Origin: an uncultured virus (IMG/VR IMGVR_UViG_3300030103_004582)
Lineage: Duplodnaviria > Heunggongvirae > Uroviricota > Caudoviricetes
Virus record (IMG/VR): IMGVR_UViG_3300030103_004582
Coordinates: 1-64,000 of that record
Length of the DNA: 64,000 nt
Strand: one strand, 5' to 3'
In this document: in pieces, positions 28,428 through 37,724 of the stretch
Layout of the letters: each line of letters opens with the position of its first letter
Position numbering within the stretch: the first letter of the stretch is position 1
Notes under the pieces: model-generated
The model's input: only the letters and a program-made list of their open reading frames with translations
Database searches by the model: none
What the model was told of the DNA's origin: nothing
Made by a program: the position numbers and the translations under genes

Positions 28428-28586
28428 ATGAAAAGGACTAAAAATCTTAAAATTACACCCAAAACACATTTATTGTTAAAAACTTATTGTGAAGAAAATG
28501 GATTAAAAATGTTTGCATTTGTAGAAAAAATAATAAAAGAAAAATGTGTCCCTAAAAAAGATTTGTACGGTGAAGTGGTAAGATAA
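28428..28586 (+). CDS. 52-aa ribbon-helix-helix-like DNA-binding protein (missed by ORF track)
   Basis: MKRTKNLKITPKTHLLLKTYCEENGLKMFAFVEKIIKEKCVPKKDLYGEVVR; beta strand, helix, G-turn, helix pattern; A-rich start context; fills the gap exactly. Confidence 0.7.
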   Translation: MKRTKNLKITPKTHLLLKTYCEENGLKMFAFVEKIIKEKCVPKKDLYGEVVR

Positions 28587-28587
28587 A

Positions 28588-28878
28588 TTATCTCACTATT
28601 AAAACTAAATCAAAATCTGGAGTTAATTCAAAATCACCTAACCATATAAGTTTATTATCTTCTATGTTATAATCCGTATTAACGACATACCTTAAACCGT
28701 TAACATATAATTCCGTTTTTTCTACATCATTAATGTTAACTTTAATTTCATCAAATATAGTTTGTCCTTTAATAGAAGGTTTTATACTAATTGCATTATA
28801 ATTACTTACTCCCCTAAGTATTGCGTCCATTATAGGTTTAGGATCTCTTACTACATAATTTCTAACTATCCTTTTCAT
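28588..28878 (-). CDS. Small structural-region hypothetical protein
   Basis: 96 aa; ATGA overlap with upstream gene; LYVNGLRY..DYNI beta-rich motif. Confidence 0.7.
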   Translation of the reverse strand: MKRIVRNYVVRDPKPIMDAILRGVSNYNAISIKPSIKGQTIFDEIKVNINDVEKTELYVNGLRYVVNTDYNIEDNKLIWLGDFELTPDFDLVLIVR

Positions 28879-29906
28879 TTTGCGTTTCCTATTACTGTTA
28901 AAAATGCAGGATTTGCTACATCTAATTTTGTTATTGTAATTTCTAATGAATCTCCATAAGAAACATCAAAAGGTAATGTTTTTACGTTACCATTTACTGT
29001 AACAGTAAAGTTACTAATATTTTGTTGTGAAACACTACTGTAAATGGAGTCGTTTTCAATTGATAGTTGGAAAACATTAATACCTGGTGCAAATTGAATA
29101 TTTAATTCGATTGATGTGTCTTCTTCTCTTTCTTTAATCTGGTGGGTAGCTAAATTAACATTTTCTGCAATTTCAAAGAAAGTAATTGCCCTACTAATTG
29201 CTGGTGTCACCTCAAACTGTTTTGGATCTAATAAATAACCTAACATTTTTATACTGAATAATTGTACGTAGTATCTTTTCTCATCTAAATTTTGTATAGA
29301 ACTTTCATCACCTATACTATCCATCATAAGTGGTATTGGGTGACCATTTACCCTAATATATTTTTCACCTGCAGAAAATGAGTCTAACATTAATCTATTT
29401 AACACATTTAAATCTCTCATTCTTGTACAGAATAATCTAACTTCATAGTTTAAATCTACAGAAATAGGTTGTGGTATTTTATAAATGTCAAAACTTTTTA
29501 TATTACCATCCCATGTAGGTATTTTCATATATGTAAACGTAGGTTTTCCTGGCACATTAAAAGTTCCCGCATAATTAGTACCAGTTTGTGCATCTGGTTT
29601 TCTTATTATGGTAATAAAGGGCATTGTAATATTTTTGTATTCATCTGAAAATTGCCAAGTTTTTGCAAATTCTGCCCATCTTTGTATACTTAAAAAAATA
29701 ACTGGTACTTTTTCACCATTTAAAACTAAACTTATATCATCCTCCATATATTGAACAAACTCTCTATCCATATCTTCGTGTAAAATACCTTTAGGTAGAT
29801 ATGTACCAGGATTAGCAATATCATTTAATATATTTTGTCTAGCCTCAAAACCCTCTGGAGTAGGGGTAAATTTTAAATTTTTTCTATAATTCTTAGGAAG
29901 TCCCAT
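28875..29906 (-). CDS. Tail terminator/completion protein (gp15-like)
   Basis: VPVIFLSIQRW..MPFITIIR..IPQPISVDLNYEVRLF; follows the gp14-like gene. Confidence 0.6.
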   Translation of the reverse strand: MGLPKNYRKNLKFTPTPEGFEARQNILNDIANPGTYLPKGILHEDMDREFVQYMEDDISLVLNGEKVPVIFLSIQRWAEFAKTWQFSDEYKNITMPFITIIRKPDAQTGTNYAGTFNVPGKPTFTYMKIPTWDGNIKSFDIYKIPQPISVDLNYEVRLFCTRMRDLNVLNRLMLDSFSAGEKYIRVNGHPIPLMMDSIGDESSIQNLDEKRYYVQLFSIKMLGYLLDPKQFEVTPAISRAITFFEIAENVNLATHQIKEREEDTSIELNIQFAPGINVFQLSIENDSIYSSVSQQNISNFTVTVNGNVKTLPFDVSYGDSLEITITKLDVANPAFLTVIGNAK

Positions 29907-29911
29907 TTTAA

Positions 29912-30433
29912 TTAAATACCTTTAAATTCATCTTCAGGTGTAGGTACACATGTCACAGTTCTGTAAAAACCTTTATAACCTGCAATAGTGTGTGCGTTGT
30001 CTGATGTTATTATACCATTATTAGATACTGTCCAGTAAGTCATTTTATCTTCAGTTTCATGATATCCTATATAATCCCCATAATTAATCTCAACACCTAA
30101 TTCATCTAAATGTGACTGATATACGCCTAAAGTTAGATTACCATGTTCTAAATGTCTTAAACTACCATTAGGATTCCAAGCCTCATTTTTAGGAGATTCC
30201 ATTTGGAAATTAACAGTCAATTCAACCGGTGTTTTAAATCTTATTTCATTAGGTGCAGATTCTCCATATATATCATCAGTTAATGATTTACTTTGATCTA
30301 CTTGAAAAAGAACTACTTTAATGTTTATGTCACCCTCTAACCATTCTCTACCAAAATCTACTTCTAAATTAAAATCTTCTTGTGAAAAAAACTTGTTTAC
30401 TCTCGTAATTGGGACTTTTCTGTTATTTTTCAT
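29912..30433 (-). CDS. Head closure/neck protein (gp14-like)
   Basis: DDIYGES..FKTPVEL..GDYIGY pattern. Confidence 0.6.
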   Translation of the reverse strand: MKNNRKVPITRVNKFFSQEDFNLEVDFGREWLEGDINIKVVLFQVDQSKSLTDDIYGESAPNEIRFKTPVELTVNFQMESPKNEAWNPNGSLRHLEHGNLTLGVYQSHLDELGVEINYGDYIGYHETEDKMTYWTVSNNGIITSDNAHTIAGYKGFYRTVTCVPTPEDEFKGI

Positions 30434-30445
30434 GTATCTTTTACC

Positions 30446-30459
30446 TATAAATATTTATA
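30446..30459. promoter_or_regulatory. Perfect 14-bp palindrome TATAAATATTTATA between divergent genes (two overlapping late motifs)
   Basis: Lies between minus-strand ATG 30433 and plus-strand helicase start. Confidence 0.6.
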
Positions 30460-30489
30460 CTTTGCAAAAAAATGATTATAATTAGAAAT

Positions 30490-32289
30490 ATGTTAGATAT
30501 AAAAGACATTAAAGGATTGAAAATTGAAGAACTATTAGTTACATATAATGGTAAGAATCCCTATATTAATTATATAAAGAAAAAATATCAAACCGAAAAA
30601 TCATATTTTTTAACTAATAGTCAAACAAAATATATTACTAATTATTTTAATTACATACCTAAAAATATTAATAAAATTGTAGAAATCACTGAATATTTTT
30701 CAAATCAATTAAAAGAAGAGTATAAATTGACTACACCAATTAATAAAATATTAGTAGAAACTATATTGGCAGAAAGTGATAAAGCAATACACGCAATATG
30801 TAAATTTTATAAAAATCAAAAAGAAGTTAAATTAATATGGATACCTAAAACTCAATTAATTGAAGATATTCACTATGAGGAAGTAGAAGTAGAAGTAGAC
30901 TTTGAAAAGTACATAGATTTAGATAAAAGGGGTTGGAGAGCATTTAAACATCAAGAAGAAGGTATAGAATTTTTATTAAAAAATAAAAAATGTATTTTGG
31001 CGGATGATATGGGTTTAGGTAAAACATATCAATCTATAGTTGCTGCATTAGAATGTAATGCAGAAAGAGTTTTAATTGTTTGTCCAGCATCTTTAAAAAT
31101 AAATTGGATGAGAGAAGTACAAAACTTTTGTGAAGATGTCTCCATAATAAAGGGAAAACATTGGGATCCAGATAGATTTACTATTATAAATTATGATATA
31201 TTAAAAAATTTTCATACTATAGAAGAAAGAGGTAAAAAATATGAAGACTGGGAATTAAGAAGAGAAATAGTTGAATTTAATCCAGATCTAATAATATTAG
31301 ATGAAGCACACTTTGTAAAAAATCATAAAAGTATAAGGGGTAAAATTTTAAAAGATATTTCAAAAAGATTTTCTCCTAAAAGATGTTGGTTGTTAACAGG
31401 TACACCCATCGCTAATAGACCAATGGACTATTATAATCTTTTATCCATAATAGAATGTGGGGTTGCAAATAATTGGGTACATTATGCTAGAACTTATTGT
31501 GAAGGAGTAAGATTTAAAAAAGGTGGTAGGTTTGTTTGGGTAACTAAAGGTGCTTCTAATTTAGAAGAATTAGCACAAAAAACTAAAAGAACTATCTTAA
31601 GACGTAAAAAAGAAGAAGTATTAGATTTACCAGATAAACTTATAACACCAATTTATTTAGAATTACAAAATGTAGACGGTTATAAAAATGTGTGGGAAGA
31701 ATATTTGGCACAACGTAAAGTAGATGGTAAAAAAGGTAATCCCGCAAGAGATTTAGTAGAAGCTACATTGTTAAGAACTTTTATAGCTATGGAAACTGTT
31801 CCATATACTATAGAAAAAGTAGAAGAAGCATTAGAACTAAATAAAAAAACTATTATATTTTGTAACTTCAATGACGAAATGGATGCGTTTATTAGGTATT
31901 TTGGAGATAAGTGTGTTTGTATAAGGGGAGGAATGTCAGATAAACAAAAACAATTGGCGGTTGATAGATTTCAAGAAGATGATAATTGTAAAGTTTTCGT
32001 AGGACAAATAAAGGCTGCCGGTGTAGGATTAACCTTAACTGCTGCAGAGATAGTAATTATGAATTCATTAGACTGGGTACCGGGAAATCATGAACAAGCG
32101 GAAGATAGAGCATATAGGATAGGTCAAAATAAAACAGTTAATATATATTATATGTTAATAGATGAAACAATAGACACATTAGTGTGGGATATTTTAAATG
32201 AAAAAAAGAAAATCATCGGAACTATTATGGGTGAAGAAAATATTATAGAAGAATTTATTAAAAAGATTGAAAATGATGTGGAAAAATAA
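30490..32289 (+). CDS. SNF2-family (HARP/SMARCAL1-like) helicase/translocase; alternative start 30472
   Basis: LADDMGLGKT, CPASLKINW, DEAH, LTGTPIANR, RRKKEEV..LP, AAGVGLTLT, QAEDRAYRIGQ. Confidence 0.92.
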   Translation: MLDIKDIKGLKIEELLVTYNGKNPYINYIKKKYQTEKSYFLTNSQTKYITNYFNYIPKNINKIVEITEYFSNQLKEEYKLTTPINKILVETILAESDKAIHAICKFYKNQKEVKLIWIPKTQLIEDIHYEEVEVEVDFEKYIDLDKRGWRAFKHQEEGIEFLLKNKKCILADDMGLGKTYQSIVAALECNAERVLIVCPASLKINWMREVQNFCEDVSIIKGKHWDPDRFTIINYDILKNFHTIEERGKKYEDWELRREIVEFNPDLIILDEAHFVKNHKSIRGKILKDISKRFSPKRCWLLTGTPIANRPMDYYNLLSIIECGVANNWVHYARTYCEGVRFKKGGRFVWVTKGASNLEELAQKTKRTILRRKKEEVLDLPDKLITPIYLELQNVDGYKNVWEEYLAQRKVDGKKGNPARDLVEATLLRTFIAMETVPYTIEKVEEALELNKKTIIFCNFNDEMDAFIRYFGDKCVCIRGGMSDKQKQLAVDRFQEDDNCKVFVGQIKAAGVGLTLTAAEIVIMNSLDWVPGNHEQAEDRAYRIGQNKTVNIYYMLIDETIDTLVWDILNEKKKIIGTIMGEENIIEEFIKKIENDVEK

Positions 32290-32290
32290 A

Positions 32291-33193
32291 ATGGTATGGG
32301 AAAATATTAATATATTTTCTAAAGAAGAAGCAAAAAAAATAGAGAATTTATTCGAAACTAATTTACATCAATTCGGACTAACTGTAAATCATGGAAGTTT
32401 TAGACTTTCAGTTTATGAATCTACATTAAATGATACATTTCCTGAAATACATAAACTTATAGTAAATAAGATTAAAAAAATACCAAAATTAAAAGATTAT
32501 AACGTAACAAGATCTGCCGGTCTTAGATATACTAAAGATGCGCCTTCTATGCCCCATCATTACGATGGAGATGATTATACCATTTTAATTTTTATTAATG
32601 ATAATTATGAAGGTAGTGGTACTGTATTTCCGTTGTTGAAAAAAACTGCACATGCTTCAGAATTTGGTGTGGGAAACGCTCTTTTATTTTCAGGTAGAAA
32701 AATAAAGAGTTGGCATGGAGCATTACCTTTAAAAAGTGGTGTTAGATATACAATAAATGTAAGACTTAATAAAAAGAAAAACTTTTTTTTAATGGTAAAA
32801 AGTTTTTTTAAACTATTGATTTTATTCGCAATTGAACCTATAATAAACAAATATGAACGTCGCCATAATAAAGAAATAAAAGATACAGAAAAAATAATTA
32901 TGAAAACAGTACCAATAGTATTCAGTATGAAAGGTTGTCCACACTGTGACAATTTAAAAAACCAACTTAAAGAATCTAATATAGAATTTAAAGAGATAGA
33001 TACAGATGATAAAGAAAATGAAGTATTATATGAATCCTTTTCAAAAAAAGTTGGTAGTGATTTTTTACCTGCAGTAATTATAGGAAAAAAAGCATTTTTA
33101 CCTGATAAATCATTTAAAACTATTGATGATGGGGTAAATATGATTAAGGAGTACCTTCAGGAGCTTTCTGATCGTGAGAACCATTTAGATTAA
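32291..33193 (+). CDS. 2OG-Fe(II) oxygenase fused in frame, via a hydrophobic segment, to a glutaredoxin (possible internal start 32900)
   Basis: HYD..YEGSG..WHGALP..GVRY (HxD..H..R); then MKTVPIVFSMKGCPHC..LPAVII. Confidence 0.8.
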   Translation: MVWENINIFSKEEAKKIENLFETNLHQFGLTVNHGSFRLSVYESTLNDTFPEIHKLIVNKIKKIPKLKDYNVTRSAGLRYTKDAPSMPHHYDGDDYTILIFINDNYEGSGTVFPLLKKTAHASEFGVGNALLFSGRKIKSWHGALPLKSGVRYTINVRLNKKKNFFLMVKSFFKLLILFAIEPIINKYERRHNKEIKDTEKIIMKTVPIVFSMKGCPHCDNLKNQLKESNIEFKEIDTDDKENEVLYESFSKKVGSDFLPAVIIGKKAFLPDKSFKTIDDGVNMIKEYLQELSDRENHLD

Positions 33194-33554
33194 AGTTATC
33201 GTTACCGTCACTATACTTTTCAATTAATGAACCTAATTCATTAATTATATTATCATGTTCTTCTGTACCATTCCATCCCGCACCTTGTCCACTACCATGA
33301 AGTAAAGATTTTCTAATATCTTCTAATCCCTCAATAAGTTCTTCATTATTGGTGTCCGCTTCATAGGCGAATTGTATTGCAGATTCTATATCTCTAAGTG
33401 CAGAAGCCAAATGATTCATTGCCTTATGCATTAAACCTACTGCAATATCAGTAGAACTATGTGTATCTGTTTTAGTATAAGGAAAAAGATTTTTTTCTAC
33501 TTCGTAAGTAGTTTCTTCTCTTAAAATTTTTTTTATTAGGTTTCTTTTCATCAT
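33144..33554 (-). CDS. Hypothetical helical protein with LIKKILRE|E leader
   Basis: 136 aa; 3' end overlaps the glutaredoxin convergently. Confidence 0.65.
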   Translation of the reverse strand: MMKRNLIKKILREETTYEVEKNLFPYTKTDTHSSTDIAVGLMHKAMNHLASALRDIESAIQFAYEADTNNEELIEGLEDIRKSLLHGSGQGAGWNGTEEHDNIINELGSLIEKYSDGNDNFNLNGSHDQKAPEGTP

Positions 33555-33556
33555 TT

Positions 33557-33582
33557 AATAAATATCTTAATATTTATAAATA
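33557..33582. promoter_or_regulatory. Back-to-back ATATTTAT motifs serving divergent genes
   Basis: aataaatat 33557-33565 (leftward) and atatttata 33570-33578 (rightward; part of palindrome TATTTATAAATA). Confidence 0.55.
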
Positions 33583-33595
33583 AATACATAGAATT

Positions 33596-34750
33596 ATGGC
33601 AAATGCATTAAATGATAAATTAAAAGATGAATTATTCACATTAATAAAGCATAGATTAGGTGCACCTATTAGAAAAATTGAATTAGATAATGATCAAATG
33701 TGTTCATTATTAGAAACTGCAATTGAAGACTATGCACAAAGAGTACAAGATTGGTTAATAGAAAACCAATGGTCATCTTTACTAGGTAACGAAGCAGATA
33801 ATATTGATATTGCTTTTGCACTAACCACTCGTTCACTAGATTTTGAAAGTAGGTTTTCGTACGCATATTCTAAACAAGTAGGTTTACAAGATAGAGGTCC
33901 GTGGGAAATGAAAAAAGATTATGTAACTATAGTTGCGGGACAACAAGTTTACCAAATACCTGGTGGTAGAGAAGTTAACGAAGTGTTATGGATAACACCA
34001 AACAGTACTGATCATGCATTATATTCATTTGCGGGTTTTGGAGACTATGGTTTTGGTGGTGGTTTCGGACAAGTACCTTACGCTGGGTGGGGTCAAGGTG
34101 GAGGATTAGGTAACGGTGGATTTTATGTTGCACCTGCGTTTGACGTATTACTTAGAGCTTCTGATTTTAGTTTAAAATCTAAGTTATTGAGAAGTGAATT
34201 AACTCATAAGGTTACTGCAGGACCTAACGGTACTAGATTACTACATTTAATGCCAATACCAGGAAGTAGACTATCTTTTAGTGCTGCCGGTTTAATAGGT
34301 AATCAGATAGGTTTAGCGGGAACTAAAGTGTGGTATTATTATTATGATACTAATGGTATGTCCGAAGATGAATTAAATTTATGTTTAAATGAGAATAAAG
34401 ATATAATAAAATTACCTAATGATGTTCCACTATCTAAATTAATGTATTCTGATTTAAATGAACCAACAAGAGTTTGGGTTAGAAGATATCTAACGGCATT
34501 ATTTAAAGAAGCCTTAGGTAGAGTGAGAGGTAAATTTAGTGGTGCATTAAAAGTACCAGATGCTGAATTAACAATGGATTATGACAGTTTATTGAGTGAA
34601 GGTAAAGAAGAACAAACTAAATTATTAGAAGATTTGGATGCTAGATTAGAAAGATTAAGTAACGCTAAACAATTAGAATTAAAAGCAGGTGAGGCAGAAA
34701 ACTTAAATAAATCTTTACAATATAGACCTCTCGGACTGTTTGTTATCTAA
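33596..34750 (+). CDS. Neck/head-tail adaptor protein (T4 gp13-like)
   Basis: RLGAPIRKIELDNDQ..AIEDY; WVRRYLTALFKEALGRVRGKF..LLSEGKEE..L. Confidence 0.8.
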   Translation: MANALNDKLKDELFTLIKHRLGAPIRKIELDNDQMCSLLETAIEDYAQRVQDWLIENQWSSLLGNEADNIDIAFALTTRSLDFESRFSYAYSKQVGLQDRGPWEMKKDYVTIVAGQQVYQIPGGREVNEVLWITPNSTDHALYSFAGFGDYGFGGGFGQVPYAGWGQGGGLGNGGFYVAPAFDVLLRASDFSLKSKLLRSELTHKVTAGPNGTRLLHLMPIPGSRLSFSAAGLIGNQIGLAGTKVWYYYYDTNGMSEDELNLCLNENKDIIKLPNDVPLSKLMYSDLNEPTRVWVRRYLTALFKEALGRVRGKFSGALKVPDAELTMDYDSLLSEGKEEQTKLLEDLDARLERLSNAKQLELKAGEAENLNKSLQYRPLGLFVI

Positions 34751-37669
34751 ACAATTTTCATCTACAATATTGTATTCTTCGAACATATATGTTGGGGATA
34801 AGTTTATTAAATCCCAAAACAACCTTTCTTCATTAGTTATAGTTAATAAATCCTCTATTGTATCTTGATCACCTTCTTTCATAGGTTGTCCAGAAGTCAA
34901 AGTTAATTGTTTTTGAGTGAAATATTGTCTATCTAAAGGTGTAGTAATTAAAATATCGTCTCTTACTTCCGGTGAGAAACATACTAATAAGGGTTTTATT
35001 CTTTTGTTAAATGCATCTATATACCTTTCTATATTATATTCACCTGTAGCGTCAGGATTATTTTCTATTACATCATTAGGTATTAATCTACAATTAAGTT
35101 TAACTATAGAGTCACCCATAAGAGTTCCGTATGCTTGATCAGTTGATATACCAGTGTTGGCTTCTTTATTTTTTGAATTACTACGAACCCAATTATCTTC
35201 AGACCATGACATCTCCCACCCATTTTTTAAAAGGGTATTCTTTTTTTCTTCATAATTTTTACCTTCTTTGGCAAACATATCCATCTGACTTTCACTCCAC
35301 CCTTTCTTTGGTTTATTAACTTTTTGTACGTCACCGTGTGACTTTTTTGTACCAGTATTAACGTAATAAATAGTATCACCTAAATCTACAGTTAATCCTT
35401 CTTTTATAATTAATTCCATATGTGCTTGTTTAGGTAATGGGTTACCAGCAACATTTAATTGTAATGATCTTTTTTCATAATCTTTAACCGACATTCTAAC
35501 TCTTGATTTATTAGCAATTTTAGAAAGTGGTACTTCTTGATTATATATCTTTTCTATTGTGTCATAATATTCATTAACAAATTCGTATCCCTTACCTTTT
35601 AATAACATGTGAATACCCACATCTATAAATTCCGCAATGTACGTAGGTAATTTTTTAGATTTAATAGTGTTACCTACTAATTTTACTTTTCCATCGATTA
35701 AATCTGCATAATTTTTACGAGCTAAATTAATAGTTGATTCACATATTTCATCTACATCTAATCCCATTACCCCTTTCATATACTTGTCATTATATTCTGC
35801 CACAACGGCATCTAACCCTCTATACGTTTTACCTGTCTCATTAAATCTATGATTACCATTAGAAGTATATATATTATCTTCTACATACTGTGGTATAGAA
35901 AAGTTAAATCCATCAGTATCACCTACTAAAGGTCTAAATCCTTTTTTATTAAAGAATCTTATCATATGTCTTAAGTATTGTCTACCAGTACAAGTAATCT
36001 TTTCCCCCATATTACTATCACCCCAAGGAAATACATTAGGTGCAGATATAGAACCGAACATACCATTATTTAATATTTTTAATGGTAATTGTTTTTTATC
36101 ATAATATTCTGATTTTTCTTTTTCACCTAATTTAGCGTGTTTAGATTTTAACTCTTTATATAAATTACGATAATCGTAATTATATTGAAGTAATCCTCTC
36201 ATTGCTCCTGTGACATCACACTCAGTAAAAACATTGTGTGTTAATTGAATAGATGGGTATAGAGATGCAAAGTCAAACTTCACTACATTTTCTGTAAACC
36301 CTACCTCTAATAGTCTAGATAATCCACCAGTAAAACCTTTAGTCGGCATAGTATGTGGTATACCTAACCCATTATGGTAAGACCACCCTAACATTAATAG
36401 TTTCCATGTGGCTGCCGTACCCATAGTTGATGATCTCATAAATGAAGTAGGTAATATCTTCGATAAAAGAAAGGTTGCTTGATTAAATATATTATCTACC
36501 TTTTCGGTTTCCCATAAATCATCTATTAGATATCTTTCTACAATATATTTACCAGTAACTTGTTTACTATTATCTGGTAAATCACCACTAACTATACCCC
36601 ACTCTCCATTTTCTTCTATAAACCAATACTTATTATCTACATCTTCCCATACTTTACTAATCTTATCGCCTGGAATATAAACCCTATTAGGTTTTGCCGC
36701 ATTAGAATACTTAGTAATGTATTTAAGACTTGCTTGTTTAATTGATGAATTAATTGCTTGTGCCCTTCTAACCGCATGATATACATCCATTATATTATAA
36801 CCCCACATAACAGTTTGTTCATAATACTCCATCTCAGGACCCATTTTTAAACTCTGTTTTTTTCTATAGAAAGGAATATTACCTAATGTTTTAGCAATTT
36901 GTCCTATTTCTAATCTTAATAGTTGTGCCCTTTTAACTATATAATACCAGTCAAAATTTTCTGAGTTATATCCCGCAATAATTGCTGGTTTAAGGTGATC
37001 TATAATTTTGAAAAAAGTTATAATAGCTTCTCTTTCCCTTTCCCTTAATTCTCTTCTTGTCCCACCTTCTATAGATAATACATGTTGAAATCCTCTATTA
37101 TCTTTTATACCTATTTGAAAAATCCTACCATCTGATGGATCTAAACTAGTAGTCTCAATATCAAAGGATAAACGATGTATATCATCATAATTTTCAAAAC
37201 CTTTAAATAATCGTTTACCTGTTTGTATAAGAAATTGTTCTGTTGGGTTGATTGCTAAAAAATTATCTCTATGTTCTTCACTATATACTGGTGTACCACC
37301 TTCTTGAAAAAACTTTAATAAATCACCATATGTACCCTTACATCTTACTAAAAACTTATAACCTAATTCTAACCTCTCAACTACCTCATTATTTTCGTCA
37401 TTAATATTTAGTGGTATAAACTTAACTTTATACTCTTTCATTTTATCTTTTATCTTCCTTCTATCACCTTTATAAAAAACAGTCATATTAGGAGACTTCA
37501 TCCATAAAAAAGGTTTTAACCTATGTTTTTCAATACGTTTTCCGTTTTCAGGGTCGTGAATTATTAGACTTATTTTATTNNNNNNNNNNGAAGACTCAAC
37601 CCCTACAATATATTTCTGATCGTCATATCCTTCTAAGTATGTTTCAATTTCTTTTACAGTTGCAGGCAT
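34715..37669 (-). CDS. polB: Family B DNA polymerase with 3'-5' exonuclease (10-N gap at 37580-37589 keeps the frame)
   Basis: ExoI FDIETT, ExoII GYNSENFDW, ExoIII YLIDD, motif A DFASLYPS, motif B KILNNGMFG, motif C GDTDG, KNYA. Confidence 0.95.
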   Translation of the reverse strand: MPATVKEIETYLEGYDDQKYIVGVESXXXXNKISLIIHDPENGKRIEKHRLKPFLWMKSPNMTVFYKGDRRKIKDKMKEYKVKFIPLNINDENNEVVERLELGYKFLVRCKGTYGDLLKFFQEGGTPVYSEEHRDNFLAINPTEQFLIQTGKRLFKGFENYDDIHRLSFDIETTSLDPSDGRIFQIGIKDNRGFQHVLSIEGGTRRELREREREAIITFFKIIDHLKPAIIAGYNSENFDWYYIVKRAQLLRLEIGQIAKTLGNIPFYRKKQSLKMGPEMEYYEQTVMWGYNIMDVYHAVRRAQAINSSIKQASLKYITKYSNAAKPNRVYIPGDKISKVWEDVDNKYWFIEENGEWGIVSGDLPDNSKQVTGKYIVERYLIDDLWETEKVDNIFNQATFLLSKILPTSFMRSSTMGTAATWKLLMLGWSYHNGLGIPHTMPTKGFTGGLSRLLEVGFTENVVKFDFASLYPSIQLTHNVFTECDVTGAMRGLLQYNYDYRNLYKELKSKHAKLGEKEKSEYYDKKQLPLKILNNGMFGSISAPNVFPWGDSNMGEKITCTGRQYLRHMIRFFNKKGFRPLVGDTDGFNFSIPQYVEDNIYTSNGNHRFNETGKTYRGLDAVVAEYNDKYMKGVMGLDVDEICESTINLARKNYADLIDGKVKLVGNTIKSKKLPTYIAEFIDVGIHMLLKGKGYEFVNEYYDTIEKIYNQEVPLSKIANKSRVRMSVKDYEKRSLQLNVAGNPLPKQAHMELIIKEGLTVDLGDTIYYVNTGTKKSHGDVQKVNKPKKGWSESQMDMFAKEGKNYEEKKNTLLKNGWEMSWSEDNWVRSNSKNKEANTGISTDQAYGTLMGDSIVKLNCRLIPNDVIENNPDATGEYNIERYIDAFNKRIKPLLVCFSPEVRDDILITTPLDRQYFTQKQLTLTSGQPMKEGDQDTIEDLLTITNEERLFWDLINLSPTYMFEEYNIVDENCLDNKQSERSIL

Positions 37670-37693
37670 ATTATATAATATTAATTATTATTA

Positions 37694-37724
37694 CAAATAT
37701 ACGAAAAAAAATGTAATTATCAAA
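37694..37724 (-). promoter_or_regulatory. Bacteroidota-type promoter for DNA polymerase
   Basis: TTTG-N19-TATATTTG, 24 nt upstream of ATG 37669. Confidence 0.75.

Noticed and set aside
2510..30433. Bacterial contractile injection system (eCIS/T6SS/tailocin)
   Set aside because: Neck proteins, PolB, gp32-like SSB and overall organisation indicate a phage genome
34715..37669. Intein or intron in PolB
   Set aside because: No C/S...HN splice motifs or LAGLIDADG blocks seen; polymerase motifs are contiguous
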